Shown one piece after another: positions 12,001-25,881 of a DNA stretch of 64,000 nt. Below the pieces are notes generated by a model. It did no database searches, was not told the origin of the DNA, and saw nothing but the letters and a program-made list of their open reading frames with translations. Origin of the DNA: Oikopleura dioica (lineage: Eukaryota; Animalia; Chordata); NCBI GenBank assembly GCA_907165135.1, contig OU015568.1:2232001-2296000 (forward strand), read 5' to 3'. Both the position numbers and the translations under genes were made by a program. The first letter of the stretch is position 1; every line of letters starts with the position of its first letter.

Positions 12001-15000
12001 ACAGTCAGCAACGACGAAACAACAATCTACTTTGTTGTTTTCAAAAAAATCATTCGCGCCTTTTCTAAAAGCTAGGATTTTTGATGATTGAAAAGTAACC
12101 TTCGATCATCGTCAAAAAAGTGACCCGCGATTTTCGTGAGTTTTCATGATTAAAAGTAGGAAATTCCTACTTTTGAAATTTTCGAGATCGAAATTTCGAC
12201 TGTCAGTTTTTCATAAGTTTATTTTTCGGCCACTTAGGAGCGGATCATTCGTAAGTTTTTGATGGTTCTGTCAATCTTTTCTGAAATCAGATTTTTGTTC
12301 TTGATGATTTGAATTTTAGATTTCTCGAACTGCTTGTACAAACAAAGAGCCATTTTAAAGTTAAGCATCCATACAAAATGTGCATCAAGAATTTAAATGG
12401 CTAAAAGTGAACATAAATTCAATTTAACCCAATATCTATTCCGTCTTTTTTCTTGCAAAATTGAATCAATTTTGCTCGACCTCCACCTCATTTCATCAAA
12501 CCAGCTCTTATGAATTTTACATAACAAAGTGGCCGAGAAAAAAAAGAGACCATCAGTAAAAGCATAACTCCTCTCAGGGCATGCCATGTGACACCATATT
12601 TTGTCAATGTTCCATTTTGGACTGTATCTTTGAATCATCTAATCGTTGAAATAATCAATGCTCTAGAAAAGCATTAATTTTTGACAAAATCGGAAAATCA
12701 TCATCTAATCAAAAATTTCATGTTTAATCAATTGTTTCACTAACCCGCGCAACGGAATTTTGAGTTGAAAAATCACAGTAAAATAAATTAGAAAAATAAG
12801 ATTCTATGGTGATCAGAAAAATCATATTTTGAGATTTCTCAGCTCATAATTCCAAGCAGGCAAGCCTGATTCTGCTTCAACCAAAACTCAAATTAACTAT
12901 CGCGTCCACGAAATTGATTCGTTTTCACCCTTTTTCGCAGAGCGGACTGTTCAATCTCATGATCCACTCATTGGACCCGGCTGAGAATGACGAGAGGACA
13001 AACTACGCTTTTAACAGGTTGAAGGAATCGGGCGCTAGAATGAGCTAACCAACGCACGCACTATCTTGTAATCATCACTATCATCATAATTATTAATAAG
13101 TCACCATCCATTTGAATATTTTTCAATAAGATAATATTTCAGACTCATCATTTATAACTTCATTTATCTCCCTTTTTTCTATCTAACCCCCTGGAACATG
13201 TTTGCCAAAGTTTATGCAAGCAATCTGAGTTTTGGTTGGTCGAAATTCGTTAAGTCGGGGGGGAAGGTAATTTATGGTAAGCTACCCCCATCCTCAGAAA
13301 CCCCGTAATAGACCACCTAAGATTTCAAGTTCTGCAAAATTTTGGCCAAAATGCTCCAGGAGGTTAATTTTTTTTCGGGGCAAAAGTGAACATTTCCATC
13401 TTTTGCCACTTTTCAATTTTTCCTCAAACTCCTGAAATCCATCCATCATTTATTTTCATCGTTATTTTCTTTTGTGTCTTATTTTCTGATGAAATATTCA
13501 AAGCGGTTATATTTCAATATCAGAACCGGCCTTTTCAATATTTTTTTTCAAGAATCAATATTCTGAAAATTCAGATCTTGTCAAAACAAAGAGCCACTTT
13601 TGAATATTTCATGTCCCCAAATGTTTGTTACACTTGTCCATTTCTTTGTTGTTTTCAATCATTCTAAAATCGAGAATTTTTTTATTCATTGATTCTTTTA
13701 AAGTTAAGGGGGTAGCTTACATGTAGGCTTTGTGAAAAATGTATACCCGACCCGCTCGCAAGATTTTTTTTATTTATTTGATTTTTGATTTATTTGCTGT
13801 TTTTGGTTGTTGAAATCAAGGAAGAGTACCTATGAGCAGGGCTTTATTAAGGGGAGCCCTCTTGTAGGGAAGAAATTTCAGGCATTTTTGAGACTTTTTC
13901 GACCAAAAACAAGCAAAAAACAAAGATTTTCCAAGCTTTTTCAGCTTCGAAAATCATTGTTTAATCAAATCAAAAATCGATATGATCACTTCCTTTTTCT
14001 ATATTTTTTAATCAACAATGTTTGTCACAGGATGAAGAAAATAATGATGATGGAGCGACGCCCGACGTCAAACTTTTGACGCTCGCACAAGTCTCTGAAG
14101 AAGTTTTAAGCTAGATAGAAAATTCTACTCATTTTATTTTTTAAATCGTAGCTTTGGATACCTAAAGTAGCAGGTAGCTGTAATGTTAATGTTGTATTTT
14201 AGAAATCAAGCTTTTTTTACAAATTTCTCGCTTTCATTTATCCTCTTAAAACTGAAGGGGGATGAATTAAGCATGCTAAGACGAGGCATTATTGCTTTTG
14301 ATCGGCTTTAGAATTAGTGTGAGCGAAAGATCACACTGTTTTCGCGGAAAAAACATCATTTTTTATCCTTTTATTTTAATTTTATTACAAAATTCATCGG
14401 TTAATATTTTTTGCTATCTACGTTTCACAGACAGAAAAACGCAAGTTATCTGCGCTGCCGTAGAAACTGCTCAATGCGAGCCCTGATGAAGGTGAATAAC
14501 CCGCGTCTGACGCGTCAGGCCTTCGAGCGCACCCAAACGATGGATGAAATCAACGGCCAGAGCGGAGCGCAAAAGGTGAGACGCACCAGAAGCTGGCAGC
14601 CGCCTTCTAAAAAGGGATCCAAATACAAACTCACGCTTTTCGTTAGCACTCACAGATGCTCTCGTTTTTCGGCAAAAGTCAATTTCAGGAGTTAAGAACG
14701 TTTGGAGTAACAAAATCTGGAGCAACCGAAATTTTCAAACCGATTTTTAAGGGTGTTAAAGTCATAATTAAGGGTATCTGACTCGGTCAAAAGAAAGCCC
14801 GGGCCCAAAGCCGGGTTTTCGCTAGGGTCTGAGGGGCCGGGAGGCCCTTAACACCCTTAAAAATCGGTTTGAAAATTTCGGTTGCTCCAGATTTTGTTAC
14901 TCCAAATCTTCTTAACTCCAAAAATTGTCTCGAGCCCGTTTTTCCTTTTTTCATAACTAGAACTTTTTCAAGCGAGGAAAAATTCCGTTATGATTCGCAC

Positions 15001-16766
15001 GATTTCTCCTGGTGGTGCGGAGTTATCGATCGGAAATGACTGTAAGGGGTCCTGTAATAGGGAACTAGCAGTACCTACTGGGGGTCCCTCGCAAAGGCAT
15101 TAGGGTGTCCCGCCCGACTGATAACTTCGCCCACCTTTCTCCTCTTTTTCGAAAAGAACGAAAAAAATATTTTGTAGAAATATTCGAAAATGTACCGGAA
15201 TATTTCAATTTGTTTTTCCTGAAAATCATTTATTCACGTGAAAGTGTATTTTATCCCTTGTGATAGAAATCAAGCCACTATGCAGGACAAGTGGCTGAAT
15301 TCACAAAAAAAAACGCATGATGAAAAGAAATAAGTTATAAAATTTCAGTTATTCGCATCTTTTATATATTCATTTATCTTTTCTGCGCACATTTATTCGC
15401 GTATTTTGGTATATATGAGTCTGAATATACCTATATTAGCTTGGTAAATATTAAGAGTCATTTTCAGGCGGAGGTTCTTTTCATATTGAAATCAAGGAAG
15501 AGTCAATCTCCTCGAAAAGGGAAAACAAAAATCTTAACCCTTTTGGGTTGACTCTTTTTTGACTCCGTCTGAAATTGATTTAGAAGTCTAAGCACGTGAC
15601 TGGCCATGTTTGGTTCAGCGTCGTATTAAAAATTAAATATTACACACAATGTGAATAGCCCGGTGATCAGCAAGCAGGAAGAACTCTTTCAACGGACAAA
15701 CTCACTGCCAATGGTAAGTTGTTTTTCATCTCTTATTTATTTCAACGTCCTTTTTTCAGCTCCAAGTCTTTCTGTTGCCGTGGATGCTAGCAATGGTGCC
15801 GAGAATGCTCAACAAATGCCTGCTATTTCTGAAGAGTAAGTCTTTTTCCTCAACAAAATCATTTATTCAAATTTTTTTTCAGAAAACAAAATGGAAACGG
15901 ACACGCAAATGGTACTCTCTCCGTTGTCCCTCCCGTCTCAGCTGGAGGAAATCAAGTCTCAGACACGACGCTCAACGTTTCCAACGACAGTGAAGAGGAT
16001 GCCGATTTTCTCGACATGTCCTGGCCCCAAGGCGACTGGAAAAAGCAGGCCATTTACCTCTTCCTCTTACCAATAACCGGGCCTCTCTATCTCGTCGTCC
16101 CTGATGTTCGACGACCTGGAAAGGAGAAATGGGTGGTCGTTACATTCATCAATTCTATCTTGTGGATTGCTGTTTACAGGTACTCGCCGCCGCAGCAGCA
16201 AGTTTTGACTATTTCTAGTTATCTGATGGTCTGGTGGGCTGACGTTCTCGGAGGAGCTTTTGGAATAAGCCCTCCTGTCATGGGTCTAACCTTCCTCGCC
16301 GCTGGAACATCCGTACCCGATCTGATCACGTCTGTTATCGTTGCGAAAAAGGGTCTTGGAGACATGGCAGTTTCATCCAGTATAGGTTTGTTTTCAAGCG
16401 CAAATGAATAAATAAATGTTTTGACCAAATCTTCAGGGTCGAATATCTTTGACATCACAGTGGGACTACCATTGCCATGGCTGATTCGCACGGCAATTGA
16501 TGCTGGAGTACCCGTTCAAGTGAGATCGGAAGGAATGGTCTGCAATATCTCACTTGTAAGTCCTCTTTTTCGCGTTTTTGAAGAAAAACTTTCTCTTTCA
16601 GCTCTTTATTATGCTGCTTGCTGTCTTCTCCGGAATCGCCTGCTACAAGTGGCGCATGACGAAAGGTCTTGGAGCGGGAATGTTCATTCTTTATGGCGTT
16701 TTCCTCGCATTCGCCCTTACCCTTGAAACCGGAAAAGTGGAGTGTCCGATTCAAGTTGGCGGTTAA
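9033..16766 (+). CDS. SLC24A: K+-dependent Na+/Ca2+ exchanger (NCKX, SLC24A1/A2-like), multi-exon
   Basis: [17 protein letters not shown]; alpha-1 repeat [21 protein letters not shown]; [13 protein letters not shown]; [11 protein letters not shown]; alpha-2 repeat [29 protein letters not shown]. Confidence 0.95.
14671..14936. mobile_element. MITE with TIRs of about 89 bp and 8-bp TSD (Merlin-like), in NCKX intron
   Basis: Near-perfect inverted core 14688-14759 vs 14848-14919; termini GGC..GCC; TSD CGTTTTTC at 14663-14670 and 14937-14944. Confidence 0.85.
15011..15135. mobile_element. 125-bp MITE with 8-bp TSD (Merlin-like), in NCKX intron
   Basis: TIRs GGTGGTGCGGAGTTATCGATCGG and (reverse complement) GGTGGGCGAAGTTATCAGTCGG; TSD TTTCTCCT at 15003-15010 and 15136-15143. 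Confidence 0.8.
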
Positions 16767-17299
16767 ACACTAAAATATTATTATTTCTACTCTTATCTAT
16801 TTTCTTTCACTTTTCTCCTTTGCCATTCATTCTGCACAGACAAATAATAAGCAAGACTGAAATTGTTTTTTCAACATTTGTGAATATAGCAAATCTATCA
16901 TTTTCTTTCCTGAGATCAACTTTTATATAAATATATATTTAAACACTATCATAACAAACACATGTGAAAACCCTGTTATATATTTTCTACTGGACAATAC
17001 TTTTGACAGAACAATAAAACAAGGAAATCAAGGTGTTCTCCCCAAGATAATTTTTTTTTGCAAAATTTCACCAAATTTTGCAATTTTTTTTGCAGCAAAG
17101 TCTCTGTTGTTGGAGTCAATGGGCATTAGCAGAAGAAATTTTGATGCCAAAGATTGGAGGAATGAATTTCAGACAAATGAAAGATTTGAATACCAGGCCG
17201 TCTTGAAATGCATGCCCAATATAATATTGGCAATATTTGTCAAGCAATAAGCATCTTTTCGTCCCGAATAACTTCACTGCAACAATTTTCGATTCGACA

Positions 17300-18689
17300 A
17301 TGAGAATATCTAGCATATTCATATTTTCCGCAGAACTACTCCATGCTGATTGTAGTTTTAGGGCTAGACCCGGAGAATTCACTATGAAAAATTTCGAAAC
17401 TATAGGGAATTCTCGCGAGAATGAAGAATGCCCGTAAGTTTTATCGAGGCAATTTTTTCTTATTCAAATATCAGTACTTTTCCTTATCATAAATTCAGTG
17501 ACAAAGACTTGCAATCAGAATGCGAAGGTCTTTGCCGAGTGGATTACAACAAATGTCGTCTCCTTTGTGAAACTGAATACTGTCAATCCATTTGCGAAAG
17601 AGAGTACCAATGTGAGTAACTGAAAGGAGTCAATTTTGATTTTTTCTCAGTCTGCCTTGACAATTGTCCATGTGGAATCAACTGCAAAGAAGGATGTATC
17701 AACTGCGACAATGAAATTTGTCCGGTGCGTTTTCTCTTGGTCATGGGCTACAGTTTAATCGACGCTTTCTCGATTTCCTTCGATGGATTGACAAAAACAG
17801 GAGCGAAAATAACCGCACCGTCAGACGACTACATTAAATACGCACCTCATGCTCTTGTCAAAGGCGAGCTCTACATTTTCGGAGGAGCGACGGACTTTCA
17901 AAAGGTATTGAAAAATCCCTTGATTTTCAAATGATGTAATCAAGATTGCGAAACTAGAAGGATGCGAATGGAAAGAACAGCCTCAACGATTACAAAAAAG
18001 ATTTTGGGCTGGATCGGCAGCACTCTCTATCGAAAATGAAAGTAAAGCATTAATTTGCTTTGATGATGACGAGGACAAAAACTGCGAAGTCTTCGATTCA
18101 ACAACATCAGTTCACACTGATGCGAGCATCTTCAACCATCGTGGAGGGAAACTAGGCTTCTACAAAGGACAACCAACAACTGTTGGAGGTCAAGGAACCA
18201 GTGACAATTCGAAAAAGGTGGAGACTTTGAGCTCTTCTGGCTGGTCTTCCTTAGCCGATTTTCCGAGGTTTTGATTATTTTTTCTCATTCATAAACATTT
18301 TTTAGCGAAATCTACAGTCATATTTTGATCGGCCTTCCAAGTGAAGGTCTCTTGTTGGCGGGAGGGCGAAGATTTGACGATGGAATTTATGTTCCGCAAA
18401 CAACAATTTGGCTCCTTCAAAACGACATGTGGAATCAAATTGGCAACCTTAAAAACGTAACCGTCAAAAATTCGTTCTCAAAATAACAAATAATTTTAAG
18501 GCTGACTGGTGGGAATCGGCAATAATGATCAACAACTCAATTTTCATCGTCTCCGGTCTCGAATATCTACATACAATCGAGCGGCTTGATTTCCAAGGAG
18601 ATATGCTAAGTCACCATGAAATTATTGGAAACACTGTTAGCAGTCACATTCCTGTTCTTTTCGAAGTATCACCTGATTATTGTGCCTGA
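17300..18689 (+). CDS. Secreted protein: 14-Cys module plus Kelch/galactose-oxidase-like beta-propeller
   Basis: Signal-like N-terminus; CPDKDLQSECEGLC..CPCGINCKEGCINCDNEIC; Kelch-like LYIFGG, PTTVGG, LLLAGG..W; ends PVLFEVSPDYCA; start codon uncertain. Confidence 0.75.
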
Positions 18690-18760
18690 AACATTGTCAT
18701 GAAAATTTTTGAAATTGCAAAGTTTATTTCGAGCTGAATAGCTGCAGAAAAACGAAGAAA

Positions 18761-18991
18761 TCAATAGGCATTGTATAACCAGGAGTTTCGCATTCGCTCT
18801 CGATGAAACTTCTGAATCTCCTGGTTGAGGCGGATCTTGATGGCTCGCTGGACTTGCTTCTGCTGAACAGGAGTAAGCTCAGCGGCGGCCAAAGCTGAAC
18901 AAAATTGATGTCTTGGCGAGAAGATCCTGTTTCATCCTTTATATTTTGAATGAAAACGCTTACCTGTGAGAAGCAAAGAGATACAGTTCAT
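18761..18991 (-). CDS. Small secreted cationic peptide, 53 aa, 2 exons
   Basis: Exons 18991-18964 and 18894-18761 joined by a GTAAG..TTCAG intron; MNCISLLLTALAAAELTPVQQKQVQRAIKIRLNQEIQKFHRERMRNSWLYNAY; upstream TATAAA (about 19060) and downstream AATAAA (about 18725). Confidence 0.7.
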
Positions 18992-19287
18992 CTTACACTC
19001 ACGTTGTCACACTTTTATTTCTTACAAAGAACAGACAACACGGATTGTGACTACGCTTTATATTCAGGGTAAATAACCGCCATTATGATTTCGAAGAGTA
19101 TCGAGTTTTAACATGTGAATAGTGAGATTTTTCGGAGGGTGTGTGAATCATAATTAGGATGTGAAAACTTCGGTTACTTTTGGGATAAAGTATTGAAAAA
19201 TGGAACAAGTTTGTTTATGACACCATAATGATATTGTAAATTTTATAATTTTATGAATTTTATAACATTCATCGTTGAAAAATCTAA

Positions 19288-19801
<514 letters not shown>

Positions 19802-21220
19802 ACTTTTTATTAAAATTGGCCATGAACTTCATCTACTGATCAAAAAATAATAAAACAAAAGGATTAATCTTTTTTTTTGAGCCTATGTTTGATACCTATG
19901 TCACTGTAATCAGAAAGTCTGATATATCTTAAACGTCCTGTTTCATGTCCTGATGTACATTGTACATTTATCATGCATGTTTCGGCCGTGAATATTAACG
20001 CCTGTCTTCTGGCGGTCCAACACGCCCGACAGGTCCAGTACAATTCCAAAGAACACTTGTCGTTTCGACCAACTTTTTTTCTTGTCAGAATCACTTTTTC
20101 GAACCCTTTTTCTAAAATAAGAAAACACTTTATAGAGGACGCTCGCATTTTTGATTTTTTGATGGAGATTTTTTGTATTTTAGCATAATTTATTTATTCG
20201 AAAAAGGCCATTAAAGCCGCTATTCTTTCTTTTGGAAAGGTTTCTTCATCGCATTTTAGTATTTTCGGCTAATAAAGCAAAGCATTTGTGAGTAATGAGA
20301 AAAATCGATTAGCTTGCGCCCGAGTCTGGAAAGGAATTGACGATGTGAGGGACAAAACGTCAATAATTCTAAGAGAATACCACTCGCTTCAAAGAGAGTA
20401 CCGCAAAATACAACTCGAACGAGAAAGTCAGCGAAACCGGAAATCGAGAAGTTCAGAATAGAAGCGACGAAGCCTCATTGCAATATTCGAGATTTCTCCG
20501 TCAACTGGGCATGTCAACGGCATGTCGTCAGATGACAATTGAGCATTTTTGATGAGCCAAAGCAGACGTTGAAAAACGTTGGATTTTCAATCGGAGATAC
20601 CGTATACATTTCAATTTGACGAGAAAATTGGAAATATGAACTTATAAAATTGAATATTTGGGAAATTATTAAAAAATATTTTTGCTAATAATTGGATTTT
20701 AAAAGATTCCTTGACACAAATTTGTCGATCAAAAAACTCATTTTTTTATTCTAGAAAAAAAATCTATGAAAAGGAAAAATTTCTTATCTATTTTTTCTTT
20801 TTCAGTTTCGAAATTTTCGTAAGAACTTCTTACTAAGAAGCGTTATTTTTTTTGGAAAATTGAGCATCTTCATCTTTGATTTCAATTTTAAAAATTCTAT
20901 TTTCGTCACGCTACTGTAGCTAAAGCGAGCATATGACGGCAATCAGCCCCGCGCCCGTGTATCACGTGTAATTAGTTTTCAAACTTGTTTCGACTCTCCC
21001 TTTTATATGCGATTTATTATGTACGCGTACGCATCTTGGATGTTTCTTTTATGAGTTGTCAATTTCCAGCCGTTGTCCACTTCATTTGCAGGAGGTGATT
21101 GACTCCACTCACTCGCCTCAGGGCATCGCTTCGCAGCTTCAAAGATAATTTTTTCCGACCGTTTCGAGATACTGTATTTTTTCACAGAGCTGGATTTCGA
21201 TGAAGATTTTTTAGGGGCAC

Positions 21221-21304
21221 CTTACCCTAACCTTAGTTGTAACCCTTACCCTAACCCCAGTTTTTAGACTAATTCTTACCCTAATGGTTAGGGCCTAACC
21301 CTAA
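21221..21304. repeat. Degenerate interstitial telomere-like (CCCTAA) repeats
   Basis: CTTACCCTAACCTTAG..CCCTTACCCTAACCCC..TTACCCTAATGGTTAGGGCCTAACCCTAA. Confidence 0.5.
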
Positions 21305-23067
21305 TACCAGATTAAAATTTAGGTTCAGGAAGCTCGAAACCAGACTGCTCTTTTCTTTTCCTTCAACTCTACTGTTCCCGGTAGTACAGCACCAGGACGT
21401 TTAAAAAACATGCCTGACAGAACTTAAGTACACCTGAGTTTCGTGTCAAGGCACTTTGTCGTGGATAAATTTTTGATAATGGCCGGGTAGCACACTCGAC
21501 GATCCCTCATCCTGTAATTTGTTTTTAACTTTTTTCTAAAGCGCTTTGAAAGTTTTTAGTCGTGTCTTTTTGGGATAAAATAGAAGTTGAAAAAAAGGGC
21601 TACAGTTGTAGAAACATGCGCCTTTATCTAAAGAGAGATAAATGGCCATATTTATCAATTTCCTCTTGAGGTGAAATTGGAAGTTCCAATCAGCCTTCAA
21701 ATCACTTGATCTTCATAATTCGACCTTGGCTCGGCTTTATCCGCAAAGGTTGCATTTTGTACGCGAATAGGAGACCCACAAGGAGCCCCATCTCCCGAGA
21801 GTAATTAAAATCATCCTTCCTACTTTTCTGGGATTGATCTTTTCCCGCTTTTTAGATTGTGTTACTTGCGCTCGTGTTCAAGCCATCAACGACAAAGAAA
21901 GAAGAAAACGAGAAAACAAGAGATCGGAAAAAAGAAAAAAAATCAAAGAGAGATTGATTGAAAACAACGAAGAGTACGGCAAAGAAACATAATGCCGATG
22001 AGCTGATGAATGTCGACCGAAGAAAAAAGGCGAGCATCGCTGACGAGCCTTTCTGACACAAGGTTTTTTCAGGGGGCACCATAAAACTTTGGATTTTACG
22101 AATAATTTATATTTTTCTTGATAGATTTCTTTGATGATCATAAAAAATCGAATGCTCACGGTGCGCACTTGTAAAAATTGAATTGGAGAATTAATTTTAT
22201 AAATAATTAATAATGATAAGTCACTGCAAGTTTGATTTGTAATAAATATAATATTGGATATCCAATTTTATCATATTTAAGCAAAGTTCGCAAAAACTTT
22301 ATTAATGATGAGTTTGCTTAATTTCTCTTTTAACTTGTGAAAATATTTGATAACTTATTAACTCGAATGTTCAGGAAGAAAAAGATTCGCCCTCTGACGA
22401 ATATTCTCCTGTGCCAGGTGGACGGTGGCGATGCGGCGATCCCTTTTGCCGATGACCCGCCGATATCGACCAAGTAAGTCGGAGTCTGAATCGATCCCAC
22501 AGGTCCCGGAGTCCGCCCCGTGGATCGAAAATCCACGCCAAAACGTGTCTCATAACGTCCTTCTTTATATAAAACTCAATCTATCCAGCCATTTTTTATC
22601 AAAATTAAACTTAATCAAAGGCCAAAAATCAAAATTTTAACAGAGATACTCGAATAAAAGAGATAACAAAAAAGGAATTAGAAGAAAACCAAATTTAATT
22701 TACCTTCAAAGTGAGTCATTTCAGTCTACTTAGATTGTTCACTTCAAAAGGTTGGTAATATAAATTCGATTTTTTCTGTTTCTAACTCGCTTATAATTGA
22801 GAACCAAATTTGAATTTTATCATTAGAAGGGGTCGCTTTATCTGAATTCATTCCTAGGTCGAGTGTTCGCCTGGCCCCATCGGCATACGAGTCTTCGGAA
22901 GTCATTTCCAACCCCCACCTGACAAGCGCAATTGAGGTCGACTCCGCCACGCTCATCGACATACCGCCGCAGTCGCCAACTGCGCGCACCTCTCCTAGCC
23001 ATGCTTCTTATTCTGGTTAGTTTCAACTCAATTAAGACGAGCTTTACCAAGATCGTCGACTAGATAT

Positions 23068-23210
23068 TATGGACCATAATTTATGGTCCATATTTTATGG
23101 AGGGTCGCCATAGTCTATAGGCTATAGACTATAGCCCATAGACTCTCGTAAGAACCTATGACAGAGTCAGTTTATTCCAATAAAAATTAACGCCCTAACC
23201 CTAACCTTAA
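23068..23210. repeat. Two short palindromes followed by a CCCTAA patch
   Basis: TATGGACCATAA-T-TTATGGTCCATA; ATAGTCTATAG-G-CTATAGACTAT; CCCTAACCCTAACCTTAA at 23193-23210. Confidence 0.55.
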
Positions 23211-25881
23211 CTCTATGCTTAAAAACTTAAGAGTAAAGGGTCTAACAAAAATTTATTTATTCTGATTTGAAGTGCCAACTCACTTTTTTTCTTAATCTTT
23301 AAATTATTTCAGCTTTCAGATTCTTGCTCATGAATTGTTAATCATGCTCGCTAAATTACTATCAGATACGCATTGGGGTACAAAAAAACCCGTACCCGTA
23401 GTCATTTTGCATGTTTTATGAGCTACGTATTATCTCAATGGATTATATTAAGAGTAGCTTATTACTGGCTTTTATCTTGTGATGAGGAAGCAGCGGCATC
23501 ATGGTAAAAGCAGATTGATTTTCTGGATGTATTAGTTGAAGATTTACCGCTGAGCCAAACTAAGTAGAATTGAGGAAAAAGTATTATTGAGCTGAAAAAG
23601 ACTCAGAATTTTCTGATCGAATCTATTGCTCCAAGAACGTCTTCATCAAGATCAACTTAGTTCAAAAATCTCGAATCCATTGATTGAGATTTCTAGCCAA
23701 TACGAAGAATGCTTTCGGGCCAACCAATCAGTAGTCATGAAATCGCCCACGCAATTCTAAAAGTGCGTGGGTGGGAAATAGCTCATTGGACGGCCACCAA
23801 AACTGATGCTTGTTATTGGCGTCTGAAGAAAAGTTTAATTGGTATTTGTTTGTCACTTGACTGTAAGAATCGGTATAAGTTTACTCAGCTCCACTCATTT
23901 GCATGCGTCGAGTCTTGAATAAGCGGTGCAGCAGATTGTTTCTAGAGCAATCTGTCAAGAAAATCCATTGTCGCGTCAGATTCTCATCAGATTGTTTTCT
24001 TCTTCATTCGGTTCTTCTTTTCTTCTGTTTTTTATTGCCATTGGGCGAGGGTGCTTTGTCCTCGGGCAGGTTTTCTGAATTTTTGATGCGGCGTCGGTTT
24101 TCTCCTGCAAACTGCGCCGCGATACTCAATTTTGCTCCCTTTTGCGACTGTTTTAAGCGACAAGTCTCCTTTCTTCTCTGACAACTGAGTGGCTTTATAT
24201 CTGAGAGGAATAACCCGTCTTTGCGAAAATAAGCACAGAAAAAACGATTTATTTGAACGATAGAGAGTCTTTTCGAAAAAAGAGACTAAGGAAAGTTTCA
24301 GAAGAAAAAATCATGAGTTTTTATAATATAAATTTTATGCGGGGATGAATCATATAGATAACCCCTTTTTTTGATATAGAAAGCGAGTCAGTTGCATTAA
24401 CATTTTCATTGAAAAACGTCTTTTATTGTGAAAATCAGACATTCTCATTGAAAAAACGCTATTCAGAATAATCATTTGGTCATTTATGGCTCCTTCTTTA
24501 TTTTGATGAAGAAATAAAACCTCAAAAATCAATTTAAAAGATATTTTTTTCGATATCAAATGATAAAAATTATCCGAAAATAATCTGAAACTTGAATTGA
24601 CAGATGGTGACCATACGTTTGCATTGTTTTTTCTGACACGATTAAAAGGGACTCATCCGTTTTCTTACGCAGTTTTAAAAAACGAGCAGACAGAAGCACC
24701 AACTTCACAGAGAAAAAAGAACCCGATTGAAATCATAGAAGAAAACCCCCGAAAAAAGAGGAAGTTGTAGAAGAGAGAGAGAGTACCTTCTTCTGAATGA
24801 AGTAAGCTTCTTCTTTTTTAAGTCGTTTTGGAGGATTTTGGATCAGAAAATAGAGAGCGTGCGTAACAAAAAATTGAGTACAATCGACGAATTGGTTTCA
24901 AGTTGATCGATTTTTTGAATAATTAATCATCAATCGTCGCCTTTCCAAGCGTTTTTTATCTGCTTTATATACAAAAACCCGGTTCATCCCCTTTTTCGCA
25001 ATTAAACTTTATAAAACTCGGTAATAGAAACAAAAAAGAATTAGAGTAAGTAGAATTAGAATCGTCTGACCGCTACTTGATTCGATCAAAAATTTAGAAC
25101 AGACATGAGTTAAACAGGAGCTACTGATTGACCTTGGCCCTTACTTAGTTTTTAGTCGGACAGTTGTAGCAAGGACAAAGTAGCGTCAAGAATGCGCCTA
25201 TTTTACCGGTATCAACAACTGTTTTAGATGTCTGCTTGTCAGACAAATGCAAGGCCAAGTTTTACTAAAAATAATCTAAGAGAGATCACTGATTATTTGA
25301 CATTAATCTGTGCATAGGAAGATATACGCTGTTAAATATATTTTTGAAAAGCAGAGATTACGATGATCATTTTCACTATTGAAAGTTCGGGGTATCTCCA
25401 AGTACAAGGAGATTAAGGGACCTTCAGTGACTCTCGTCCTGAAATCCAACTTATTCAACAAATATCGTCAATAAAACTTGTCAAAGATAAGGATTTCTTT
25501 GTGCTTCTTAATTTCAAATCCGGCTTTATTAAATAACGTGCTTGGGAGGTTGTAAACCACAGTCATTATCATTCTGCACTAATGGAGTACGCTCAAATAT
25601 TCATGGAAGTGAACTGACTCTGTCGAAAACTGTAATTAGGAAAAGCGATGGATGAACATCGATTTTGGCTATCATATCCTCAATACCAAAACATATCCTT
25701 TCTTTTTTGAAAATGAATTACTTCAGAGAATGTGCTGCCCACGAAATGCAAACTTAATGATGTCTCTTCAGAACATGAAGAGAAAGAACTGAGCAAAAAT
25801 GTAAGTTGAAAGAAGAAGTTTGACTGAGCAAATTAAATTGCTTCAAATTATCAGCTGATTGCTAAAAGGGCCCCTTTTAAG

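Noticed and set aside
13278-13720. 13-bp inverted repeat GTAAGCTACCCCC / GGGGGTAGCTTAC
   Set aside because: No matching TSD; could be the ends of two separate decayed elements
23975-24460. Exon-like charged ORF on the minus strand
   Set aside because: No convincing splice model or homology
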